Assembly: GCA_019923625.1 (NCBI GenBank)
Contig: JAHXGN010000002.1
Span: 1 to 41,433, forward strand
Direction of reading: 5' to 3'
Length of the DNA: 41,433 nt
Source of the DNA: Candidatus Nealsonbacteria bacterium
Lineage (GTDB): Bacteria > Patescibacteriota > Minisyncoccia > Minisyncoccales > RBG-13-42-11
Shown: piece after piece, positions 1 to 7,295 of the stretch
Layout of the letters: each line of letters starts with the position of its first letter
Position numbering within the stretch: the stretch's first letter is position 1
The notes under the pieces: model-generated
Database searches by the model: none
What the model was told of the DNA's origin: nothing
Seen by the model: only the letters and a program-made list of their open reading frames with translations
Program-made: the position numbers and the translations under genes

Positions 1-404
1 TTTTTTACCCCATAGTAGAATTTCGACAGAAGTAAGTCCTCTTATTTTCCCGCCGGGAGTCGAAATTTCACTACAAAGTTACAAACCCCCTTTTGGTTAA
101 GGGGGGGGTTAGAGAAAAATTATTTTTATATTTATTATATTTATTCAACTAATCCCCCCCAAAAAAATAAGTCATTTTTCCAAAAATTAAAACAATGGGG
201 GTACAGGGCCACTTTAAAGTTAACCGAACTTTATGGGAATTATTTTCTTTTGTTTTTTTAACTAACATCTCTATTAAGATGATAAATTTGTTTCTCTTTT
301 TTGATTATAGGCCGTAAAGAAGCTCTGTCAAGGGCTGGCATTTTAAAGCGTTTGATAACATATTATACTTAATATAAGAATATAAGCAATGAAATTTTTT
401 CCCT

Positions 405-1445
405 ATGTCAGAACAAATTATTGAAATTGACGGTTCAAAACATGAAGGGGGAGGATCCATATTAAGAGTAGCGACGGCTTTGGCGACAATAACCGGCAAA
501 TCAATACGTGTTTTTAATATAAGACAGAACAGGCCGAAGGGTGGTGGTTTAGGAATACAGCATTTAAAAGGATTAGAGGCAATTACCGAACTTTGCAATG
601 GCAGGATTGAAAATGCGGAAATAGGTTCAAAGGAAATCCGGTTTTATCCCGGAAAAATAGAATCCAAAAATCTCCACATTAAAATTGAAACAGCCGGAAG
701 TATTATTTTGGTTTTACAAACCTTAATTGCCCCGGCCCTATTCGCCCCAAAACCAATAACAATTTCTTTTGATGGCGGAGCCACCGATACTTTTTTTTCG
801 CCAACGATTGATTATTTTCAATATGTATTTTTAAAAATTTTAGAGGAAATGGGAGGGAAAATTGAAGTTAATATTTTAAAGCGGGGCTACTATCCCGAGG
901 GCGGGGCAAAGGTTGAAGTTAAAGTTTTTCCATCCAGATTAAAAAATCTTAATTTAACTGAAAGAGGTTCTCTTAAAAAGATTTTAGTAATTTCTGGGGC
1001 TTCAAATGTTTTAAAAGCTAAAAAAGTGGCTGAACGTCAAGTTGTTGGGATAAGAGAAGTTTTGGGAAAGTTAAAATTACCAACCGAAGAAAGGGTTGAA
1101 TATTATCAAACTCAGTCGCCGGGCAGCCAAGTTTGTTTAATCGGAGAATTTGAAAATACGGTCATCGGAGTTGATAATTTGGGTAAATTGGGAAAAAGAG
1201 CTGAAAATGTTGGTAAAGAAGCGGCTTGGGAATTATTAAAAGAGCAAAAATCCAATGCTTGTCTTGATAAACATTTAACTGATCAAATTTTACCCTACCT
1301 TGCTCTTGCTTCTGGTAAAAGTCAAGTTATTGTTTCTGAAATCACCGAGCACTGCAAAACCAATGCTTGGGTAATTGAGAAATTCTTAGAAGGGGAATTT
1401 AAGATAGATGATAATTTAATCTCTTGGACGCCTAAAATAATTTAA
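405..1445 (+). CDS. rtcA: RNA 3'-terminal phosphate cyclase
   Basis: 346-aa ORF with GGGSILRVATALA, RPKGGGLGIQHL and HLTDQILPYLALA segments typical of the RtcA family. Full length for the family. Confidence 0.9.
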   Translation: MSEQIIEIDGSKHEGGGSILRVATALATITGKSIRVFNIRQNRPKGGGLGIQHLKGLEAITELCNGRIENAEIGSKEIRFYPGKIESKNLHIKIETAGSIILVLQTLIAPALFAPKPITISFDGGATDTFFSPTIDYFQYVFLKILEEMGGKIEVNILKRGYYPEGGAKVEVKVFPSRLKNLNLTERGSLKKILVISGASNVLKAKKVAERQVVGIREVLGKLKLPTEERVEYYQTQSPGSQVCLIGEFENTVIGVDNLGKLGKRAENVGKEAAWELLKEQKSNACLDKHLTDQILPYLALASGKSQVIVSEITEHCKTNAWVIEKFLEGEFKIDDNLISWTPKII

Positions 1446-2487
1446 ACAATAAAGAAGCAATTAAAAAGTAAATCAGCAAACTTGAAACATCACGGATGAT
1501 GGTGGCAACGGGTCCGGCGCCAACTGCCGGGTCTTTTTTTAAAAAATTTAATAAACAGGGAATTAAAATGGCAATCAAGCTGGCAAAAATGATGGTTAAA
1601 AATAAGGAAATTCCCAAAATAAAGCCGATTAAAACGGGAGCTGAAAACCAAATTAAAGAAATAAGGGAAAGAATAATTCCCAAAACCAGAGCGATTAAAA
1701 AACTAACTTTAATTTCCCGAAAAAGATATTTTTTAATATTAAGCTCGTAATCAATGATTAGTCGTCTGATGAAAAGTGTTTGGCTTTGAGCCCCGACGGC
1801 ATCGGCCATATAAACCATTAAGGGAATAAAAGCAGCTAAAATAAAATGACCCTTTAGGGGAGTTTCAAAAAAACTAACAAGTTGGGCGGCAAAAATTCCG
1901 CCAAAGAGACCGAAAAACAACCAAGGTATCCTTTCTTTGGCTAAAATCCCGGCTGAAAAATTCATTGAAACATCTTTAAATAAAATGTTTTTATGAAGAC
2001 CGGAAAAAAGTAAAAGGTCCTCAATATGCTCCGAATGTAAAATATTTAAAATAGTATTTGAAGAAACTACTCCCAAAAACTTTCCTTCTTTATCTACCAC
2101 CGGAATGGCTTTTAAATTATGTTTTATGGCTAAAATAGCTATTTTTTCCTGATCGGTCTGGGGATAAACTTTAATAATTTCTTTAGTCATTAAGTCCCCT
2201 GCTTTTCCTTCTTCTTTTTGAAAAATTTCTTTGATAGAAAGTACGCCCTTCAATTTATTCTCTTCATTAATAACATAAATATAGTTTAAGGTTTCGAATT
2301 CCCCGGCTTTTTCAAAAATTCTCTTTCTTATCTCCGAAATTCTTTCATCCGGAAAGGCCAGGGGAACATTGCCAATCATTCTTCCTCCGGCTGTTTCTTG
2401 AATATTTTTGTTTTTACTTTTTTGCATATAAGATGTTTTATTAATGATAACTCTTTTTGTTTTTCTTACAACTTCTTTTGTTTTCAT
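1432..2487 (-). CDS. mgtE: MgtE-family Mg2+ transporter (CBS pair plus MgtE membrane domain, no long N-domain)
   Basis: CBS-like segment (KGVLSIKEIF..., IPVVDKEGKFLGVVS) followed by five hydrophobic helices and a DAVGAQSQT-like motif. The true start may be the internal Met MIGNVPL. Its 3' end overlaps rtcA by 14 nt, convergently. Confidence 0.8.
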   Translation of the reverse strand: MKTKEVVRKTKRVIINKTSYMQKSKNKNIQETAGGRMIGNVPLAFPDERISEIRKRIFEKAGEFETLNYIYVINEENKLKGVLSIKEIFQKEEGKAGDLMTKEIIKVYPQTDQEKIAILAIKHNLKAIPVVDKEGKFLGVVSSNTILNILHSEHIEDLLLFSGLHKNILFKDVSMNFSAGILAKERIPWLFFGLFGGIFAAQLVSFFETPLKGHFILAAFIPLMVYMADAVGAQSQTLFIRRLIIDYELNIKKYLFREIKVSFLIALVLGIILSLISLIWFSAPVLIGFILGISLFLTIIFASLIAILIPCLLNFLKKDPAVGAGPVATIIRDVSSLLIYFLIASLLFKLF

Positions 2488-2489
2488 AG

Positions 2490-2519
2490 AAAAAACCGGC
2501 CTCTTGGCCGGTTTTTTTT
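2490..2519 (-). terminator. Rho-independent terminator (bidirectional form) after the zinc-ribbon gene
   Basis: A-run, then CCGGCC-tctt-GGCCGG stem-loop (2496-2511), then an 8-nt T-run. Sits between the stop at 2530 and the mgtE start. Confidence 0.7.
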
Positions 2520-2529
2520 CAGAAGATTT

Positions 2530-2712
2530 TTAGCGTCTGAATTGATCTCTTTTCTTTTGGTGACATTCCCGACAATAAATTGGTCTGTCGGAATCGGGCT
2601 GAAAGGGCAATTCGGTTATTTTTGCTCCGCAATCGGCACAGGCCCAATCTCCTTTGAACATTTCACGGGGAGAAAAATCTCTCTGAGGGCGATCAAATTT
2701 TTTGAAAGCCAT
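2530..2712 (-). CDS. Small CxxC-x17-CxxC zinc-ribbon protein
   Basis: 60-aa ORF with CADCGAKITELPFQPDSDRPIYCRECH, i.e. two CxxC pairs 17 residues apart. Followed by a clean terminator. Confidence 0.7.
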   Translation of the reverse strand: MAFKKFDRPQRDFSPREMFKGDWACADCGAKITELPFQPDSDRPIYCRECHQKKRDQFRR

Positions 2713-2974
2713 ATAAATCTATAAATCTACGAATTACGAATCTTATTCAAAGAGCTATCGCTCTTCTCCCGCCTCAGCTAAAGCTTCGGCTTACGAATAA
2801 AATAATTTATTCTTTTATTGGTATTGATTTCTAATTCGTAAAAGAATAATAAATAAAAGCGACCTTTTTGCCTCTAAAGCCGTATACTTAACCCTGTTTT
2901 TATTTTTCTTTCTAAAAATAAAAAAACAAATTAAAAATAAACGGCCTATTTGGCTGATGTTATTATATTATTTT

Positions 2975-3316
2975 TTAGCATGTCAGGTGAAAAAAACCAA
3001 TAACTTTTTTGGCCTGATTTTTTAAATTATTAAAAATTTCTGTTGCTTGGCCGGTTTCATTAATTATTAATTCAATTTTTTTTGATAAAACCCTTTTTTT
3101 GACTTCTTCTGAAACCTTGGCAACCCCGTCTTTGCCAGTGCCGATAATAATTATTTCCGGATTTTGTTCAAGGGCTCTTTTTATGTCCCAAAAATCAATA
3201 ATGTGACTTTCTTTTCTCCACCATTTCAAAACCTCGCCTGTCCAGCGAACCTCAACATCGTGGTTATAAGTTTTGCCATCAATGGTGATGGAACCAAAAT
3301 TATATTCCTCAATCAT
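2975..3316 (-). CDS. Mth938-like (DUF498/NDUFAF3-like) domain protein
   Basis: 113 aa. ITIDGKTYNHDVEV...PEIIIIGTGKDG pattern typical of the Mth938 fold family. 3-nt gap to the upstream gene. Confidence 0.6.
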   Translation of the reverse strand: MIEEYNFGSITIDGKTYNHDVEVRWTGEVLKWWRKESHIIDFWDIKRALEQNPEIIIIGTGKDGVAKVSEEVKKRVLSKKIELIINETGQATEIFNNLKNQAKKVIGFFHLTC

Positions 3317-3319
3317 AAT

Positions 3320-4531
3320 TTAAAATAGTGTTTTTTGTCGAAGTTGTTTTTTTTCTTCTTTTTTTGAAAAAATTCTAATTTTCCCGTAAACTCCGTCATA
3401 GCCTGGTTCAATATTTGCTTTTCCTTCTCTGACCCTGATTATTCCTTCGGCAATTTCAGGTAAATCTGCCTTTTCTAATTCGGAACGAGAGGCATCAAGT
3501 AAAATATTAAACTCAGAACCGAATTTGTCAATCAGATTTTTATATTCTTTTTCAACTCGTTTTGTGCTAGTCATTACCCCTAAAGCATCAGCGATTATTT
3601 CTCCTAAAGGAATCAAACTTTTAAAAGGAATGGCATTCTCCGGTTTAAAACCCTCGGGCCTGTCGGCTAATTCCTCAACCCTATTTAAAACCCCGATTGT
3701 TAATGGTCTACCGCAGTTCGGGCAGATATTTCCTGATTTTTTTGACTCCTGAGGCGAGAGAGAAACTCCACACAATCTATGGCCATCATAATGATATTTC
3801 CCTTCTTCCGGATAAAACTCAATAGTATAGACTAATTTCAAATTTGCACGGGTTTCACCCGTGCTTTTTATAGCATTGGTAATTGAGTTATAACTTAATT
3901 CAGAGCCCTCAAAAACATTTGCCTCTCGGCCTAATTTGGCCGGGCTGTGCGAATCTGAATTACTGATTAAAGTAATTTTATCCAGGGTTGATAACCGCCA
4001 ATTCATCTCAGGCGAACTGCTCAAACCGGTTTCAATCGTATAGATATATTTTGAATACTCTTCAAAACATTCCTCAATTGAATTAAAACCGGAACGCGAA
4101 CCGAATATACTAAAATAAGGAGTCCAAGCGTGGGCCGGGACAATTAAGCAATCTGCTGAAATATTTAAAACAATTTTAGCTAATTCTTTAGCGTCTAATC
4201 CTAAAATTGGTCGGCCGTCAGCTTTTAAATTGCCAATCCATCCTAAATGAGTATTAATTTTTTCAACTATTTCAAAAGAAGGAGCGAAAATTATAATATG
4301 GATTTTTCTAACCCGATTTTTTTTAGAATAAATGCAACTAACCTCGGCAGTTAAAATAAAACGAGTTCCGCTATCCTCTTTTTTTAGCTTAAACAGGCCG
4401 GATTCAGCCGGCTCTAACTTTTCTTTCAAATTTTTAAACCATTCAGGATGAGTAAAGTCGGCACTCCCCAAAACCTTAATTCCCTTAACCCTTGCCCACT
4501 TATCAAGATTTTCCAAGGGGGCAAACTTCAT
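3320..4531 (-). CDS. Endonuclease Q-like PHP-domain protein, apparently 5'-truncated
   Basis: Aligns by eye to EndoQ (LENLxKWAxxKGIxxLGxxDFTHP, PAHAWTP, SNSDSHSP, GKYHYDGHR, Zn ribbon CPNCG, GYDGxYGxI). The family's N-terminal DLHxHS metal motif (about 19 aa) is absent, and an in-frame stop lies 8 codons upstream of the ATG. Confidence 0.7.
   Translation of the reverse strand: MKFAPLENLDKWARVKGIKVLGSADFTHPEWFKNLKEKLEPAESGLFKLKKEDSGTRFILTAEVSCIYSKKNRVRKIHIIIFAPSFEIVEKINTHLGWIGNLKADGRPILGLDAKELAKIVLNISADCLIVPAHAWTPYFSIFGSRSGFNSIEECFEEYSKYIYTIETGLSSSPEMNWRLSTLDKITLISNSDSHSPAKLGREANVFEGSELSYNSITNAIKSTGETRANLKLVYTIEFYPEEGKYHYDGHRLCGVSLSPQESKKSGNICPNCGRPLTIGVLNRVEELADRPEGFKPENAIPFKSLIPLGEIIADALGVMTSTKRVEKEYKNLIDKFGSEFNILLDASRSELEKADLPEIAEGIIRVREGKANIEPGYDGVYGKIRIFSKKEEKKQLRQKTLF
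3846..3864. repeat. Palindrome GCACGGGTTTCACCCGTGC (copy 1 of 2, inside endoQ-like CDS)
   Basis: 7-bp stem CACGGGT/ACCCGTG with a 3-nt loop. The identical 17-mer recurs at 18820-18836. Confidence 0.8.
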
Positions 4532-4555
4532 CGACTTCCTGCGAATTACGAATAT

Positions 4556-4699
4556 TTATTTCTTAAGAATTTTCTCTTCTAATAACCCAAATCCAGTTAA
4601 AATAAAGGGGGCTAAAAAAGTAGTAAAGATGGCCAGAAAATAAAGTTTGGCTCCGGCGGCAATTCCAATAGCCGCTCTGACCCATAAACCGGCGAGCAT
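4556..4699 (-). pseudogene. 47-codon remnant resembling the C-terminal helices of MgtC/SapB-family proteins
   Basis: Not in the ORF track (under 60 aa). My translation is MLAGLWVRAAIGIAAGAKLYFLAIFTTFLAPFILTGFGLLEEKILKK. LWVxAAIGxAAGAxLY matches the conserved last part of the MgtC domain, but the first 100 or more aa of that family are missing. Confidence 0.4.
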
Positions 4700-4704
4700 T
4701 CGGA

Positions 4705-4968
4705 TTATATTTTATAAACCTTGTAATCCTCTCTTACTTTTTGCTCTGTTTTTAAGCCGATTGGGTCGCCGGCTTTGGCTGTTTGAACTTTTTGATGTTC
4801 AATTTCCATTGATTCAACTTGTTGGTTAAAATCGGTTTCTCCGCCAACAATACGAATGGTTTCACCCACTTTAAGAACATCAGATAATTCAATTATAGCC
4901 ACTCCGATTTTTGAGAAATAATGGCTAACCCTTCCGATTATTTTTCCTTCTTTGATATCTTCTGGCAT
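4705..4968 (-). CDS. Small EF-Tu domain-2-like protein (translation elongation factor-like protein)
   Basis: 87 aa. IGRVSHYFSKIGVAIIELSDVLKVGETIRI...MEIEHQKVQTAKAGDPIGLK is the recurrent small beta-barrel protein family. Confidence 0.65.
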   Translation of the reverse strand: MPEDIKEGKIIGRVSHYFSKIGVAIIELSDVLKVGETIRIVGGETDFNQQVESMEIEHQKVQTAKAGDPIGLKTEQKVREDYKVYKI

Positions 4969-5011
4969 AAAATTTTTAAATTATTAACAATTAATAATTA
5001 TTTTTTACCCT

Positions 5012-5120
5012 GTAGCGCCCCGCCCTCTATGCCTTATGCAATCTGGTAAAAATAATTTTTGATGGGATAATAAATTTTTCTCTCATCTAAAAAAACATAA
5101 AGTTTAGAGGGCGGGGCTAC
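5012..5120. repeat. Inverted-repeat element, CCCCGCCCT family (copy 1)
   Basis: Arms GTAGCGCCCCGCCCTCT (5012-5028) and AGAGGGCGGGGCTAC (5106-5120) with an 11-bp perfect core. They enclose about 77 nt of AT-rich sequence. The right arm abuts the stop codon of the 5120-5695 gene. Confidence 0.6.
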
Positions 5121-5695
5121 TATTGGGGACGACCTTTACGAATGGGCTTTTTGTTTTCTTTGATTAATTCAATTAATTTTCTGACCAATTTTTTTGGTTC
5201 TTTCTCATAAATAATTTTTTTTACTCCTCGATGAGGACCGGTGGCAATTTCTCTTATCTTGTCTGCCATTCCACCCGTTCCTTCTAAAACAGCGATTGGT
5301 TTTTGAAGCTCAAAAGCAGTAACAAATTCATGCAAGGTTCCCATTCTGCCGCAAATAATAATCACGCCGTCAGCCGATTTTGTCATAATTATGTTTCTGC
5401 CGGTGTAATCAGCTCCGGTATAAATTATTATATCAAATGGCTTTAAAGGAAGTTTGTAAGTTGCCAGGTGGGCTTTTTCCGAGACAGCAGGAGAGAAACC
5501 GATATTAAATCCTCCGACCTCATTGCAGCCCAAGGCAGAAAAATAAGAGACGCCTGTGGTGACTCCGGTAACCAAATTACATTTTTGCCGAGCAATTTCC
5601 CTGCCAACTTCTTTTGACAATCTGACAATGTCTTTACAGCAATGATTAGTTCGAGCGGCGCCAGAAACAACGATTTCAAGTTTTTCCTGCTTCAT
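5120..5695 (-). CDS. TIGR00725/LOG-like (SLOG Rossmann) family protein
   Basis: 191 aa. VVSGAAR...LVTGVTTGV...ICGRMGTLHEF (GxxGTxxE-type motif) typical of the LOG/DprA-like SLOG superfamily. Confidence 0.7.
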   Translation of the reverse strand: MKQEKLEIVVSGAARTNHCCKDIVRLSKEVGREIARQKCNLVTGVTTGVSYFSALGCNEVGGFNIGFSPAVSEKAHLATYKLPLKPFDIIIYTGADYTGRNIIMTKSADGVIIICGRMGTLHEFVTAFELQKPIAVLEGTGGMADKIREIATGPHRGVKKIIYEKEPKKLVRKLIELIKENKKPIRKGRPQ

Positions 5696-5733
5696 AATAC
5701 ATCGAAGTAAATAATTAATTATTTACGAGATGA

Positions 5734-5791
5734 GAGATGAATTTTAATTCATCGAACATTGAAAGGTGAGATGAATTTTAATTCATCGAAC
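5734..5791. promoter_or_regulatory. Two identical 24-nt direct repeats, each with an 18-nt palindrome GATGAATTTTAATTCATC
   Basis: GAGATGAATTTTAATTCATCGAAC at 5734-5757 and 5768-5791 (34-nt period), 39-96 nt upstream of the ATG at 5695. A TTGATT-17-TAATAT promoter-like sequence lies further upstream on the minus strand. Confidence 0.6.
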
Positions 5792-5859
5792 TTTATTTTA
5801 TTATATATTACATCAATGAAATTAAAAAATCAAAACCTTAGTTTTATTATATCGCAACT

Positions 5860-5883
5860 AAAAACCGCTTGACAGCGGTTTTT
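5860..5883 (-). terminator. Rho-independent terminator (bidirectional form)
   Basis: AAAAA-CCGCT-tgac-AGCGG-TTTTT. On the minus strand it follows the candidate sRNA and the tRNA. Confidence 0.7.
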
Positions 5884-5887
5884 AGTA

Positions 5888-6008
5888 GGGGGGTGATCTT
5901 AACGACATTGGTTTGTGTCTCTAGTCTGGAATGGACAAAGCCAGTGGGCCCGACAAACCTCCTTCGCTAATGATCTGTCCTTTAGGGTATTATAACCCGC
6001 ACCCCCAT
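5888..6008 (-). ncRNA. Candidate structured small RNA of about 120 nt, unknown class
   Basis: On the minus strand a TTGACA-17-AATAGT promoter-like sequence (6041-6013) precedes GGGGGUGCGGG...GAUCACCCCCC, whose 5' and 3' ends are complementary (GGGGGUG/CACCCCC). It runs straight into the terminator at 5883-5860. No plausible ORF. The 134-aa plus-strand ORF here overlaps the tRNA and looks spurious. Confidence 0.35.
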
Positions 6009-6048
6009 GTTTTTACTATTAAAAATTTAAAACCCTTTGTCAAGTATA

Positions 6049-6120
6049 TGCCCCCACTCCGAATCGAACGGAGATTTCAGCCTCCGGAGGGCTGCGCTTT
6101 ATCCGTTAAGTTATGGGGGC
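6049..6120 (-). tRNA. tRNA-Arg (anticodon CCG)
   Basis: Reverse complement is GCCCCCATAACTTAACGGATAAAGCGCAGCCCTCCGGAGGCTGAAATCTCCGTTCGATTCGGAGTGGGGGCA. It has a 7-bp acceptor stem, anticodon stem CAGCC/GGCTG with loop CTCCGGA, and T-arm CTCCG-TTCGATT-CGGAG. No encoded CCA. Confidence 0.9.
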
Positions 6121-6127
6121 ATAAAAC

Positions 6128-7078
6128 TTATTTTTTAACCCTTGAAATTCTAATCAAGCCGGAACAAGGAATGATTTCTATTCCTCTTTTTTCCAATTCA
6201 TCTAAAAATAAATTTACGCCAATTGAGTCGGAAGAAATATGGCCGGCAATAACGACATTGATATTGGCTTTTTCGGCTTCTTCCCGGTGTTTTTCGGAAA
6301 TATGCATACCAATTATTGTCCCGGCTCCGGCTTGAGCTAATTTCTCATAGATTTCGGGAGCTCCTTCGGTTCCGCCGGTCATTTCGGTAATGACAATTTT
6401 ACCGGCCCGATTTTCTTTATGACCGACAAAAATTTTAGGACCAGCCCCTAATTTAATCGCTTCTTTATATTCCGGTATTTCTTTTAATGAATTTATTATT
6501 TCCTCTAAAAAAAGGGGGTTGTCTTTTTTTAATTTTTCTTTTACAAATTTAGCCGCCAAATTATCGCAAGGAGTATGAATACAAATTAAAGGAACATTTA
6601 AATGTTTAGCCATATCTATTGCCCGGTTGATATTTGCCGGAGCAATTTCTCTAGCCACTTCTTCTATTCTTTTTCTTAAAAGTTTTTCCGCAATATTGAC
6701 CGAAACACCGTATTGAACCAAAATATCTATTTGCAATTGCATGACATCGTCCAAACCGGCCAAGGCTTTTCCTCTGGGATGATGAGAAATAACCAAATCA
6801 ATATTATTAAGTTTGTCGGCTAAAATCAATTCTTCACCATCAATATCAATTCCTACTAAAACCCTTTTAATTTCTTTTTGAGGGTCGGCAAAAAGGATTC
6901 GGGTATCGGAAAAGGGGTTTTCTAATTTTTCCAAATCAAACTCAACCTTCTCTTCTTCCGGCATTTTCTCGTATTTTTCTTTTAATCTTTTCAGCATTCT
7001 TTCAATTTCTTCCTTGCCCCGAAAATCGGCTTCAATTCCTTTTTGAATAGCCAAGTTGTAAATTTCTTTAATTGTCAT
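6128..7078 (-). CDS. NIF3 (NGG1p-interacting factor 3)-family dinuclear metal centre protein
   Basis: 316 aa. DLVISHHP motif, a second His cluster (CIHTPCD) and a C-terminal GHISSD-type motif, as in the NIF3/YbgI family. Confidence 0.8.
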   Translation of the reverse strand: MTIKEIYNLAIQKGIEADFRGKEEIERMLKRLKEKYEKMPEEEKVEFDLEKLENPFSDTRILFADPQKEIKRVLVGIDIDGEELILADKLNNIDLVISHHPRGKALAGLDDVMQLQIDILVQYGVSVNIAEKLLRKRIEEVAREIAPANINRAIDMAKHLNVPLICIHTPCDNLAAKFVKEKLKKDNPLFLEEIINSLKEIPEYKEAIKLGAGPKIFVGHKENRAGKIVITEMTGGTEGAPEIYEKLAQAGAGTIIGMHISEKHREEAEKANINVVIAGHISSDSIGVNLFLDELEKRGIEIIPCSGLIRISRVKK

Positions 7079-7093
7079 ATTTTTATTTTGTTT

Positions 7094-7261
7094 TTAATTT
7101 TTCAAACCCGGCACCGAAGTTTTGTTTCTGGGGTAAGGGATTTTTTGATATAACTCTTGAATTAATTTTTTTTGTTCTTCCAAATCCAAAACTTCCCGTC
7201 GAATCCGGGCTTTCTCTCGGCGAATATATTTCCTTAGGTTTTTCGGAAGTTTCTTTTTCAT
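7094..7261 (-). CDS. Hypothetical small basic protein (55 aa)
   Basis: Not in the ORF track. My translation is MKKKLPKNLRKYIRREKARIRREVLDLEEQKKLIQELYQKIPYPRNKTSVPGLKN. It fills the rtcB-NIF3 gap on the same strand. No recognisable family. Confidence 0.3.
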   Translation of the reverse strand: MKKKLPKNLRKYIRREKARIRREVLDLEEQKKLIQELYQKIPYPRNKTSVPGLKN

Positions 7262-7295
7262 AATGTAAGCTCGGTATTTGAATTTTGCATTTTTA

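Noticed and set aside
305-598. 97-aa minus-strand ORF and the many other antisense ORFs nested in larger genes (for example 1496-1750, 3525-3752, 8034-8321, 16583-16912, 28712-29125, 37613-37930)
   Set aside because: Each lies entirely or largely inside a longer ORF with clear family motifs on the other strand or in another frame. Their composition is typical of antisense translation of AT-rich genes.
5888-6008. Identification of the candidate sRNA as SRP (4.5S) RNA, 5S rRNA or tmRNA
   Set aside because: It has end-pairing and a suitable size. However, I could not find the SRP domain IV GGAA/GNAR tetraloop with flanking AGCA/GGAA loops, 5S loop motifs, or a tRNA-like T-arm at the 3' end. The class is left unknown.
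5931-6335. 134-aa plus-strand ORF
   Set aside because: It runs antisense through tRNA-Arg and into the NIF3 gene, and it covers the candidate sRNA. There is no motif support.
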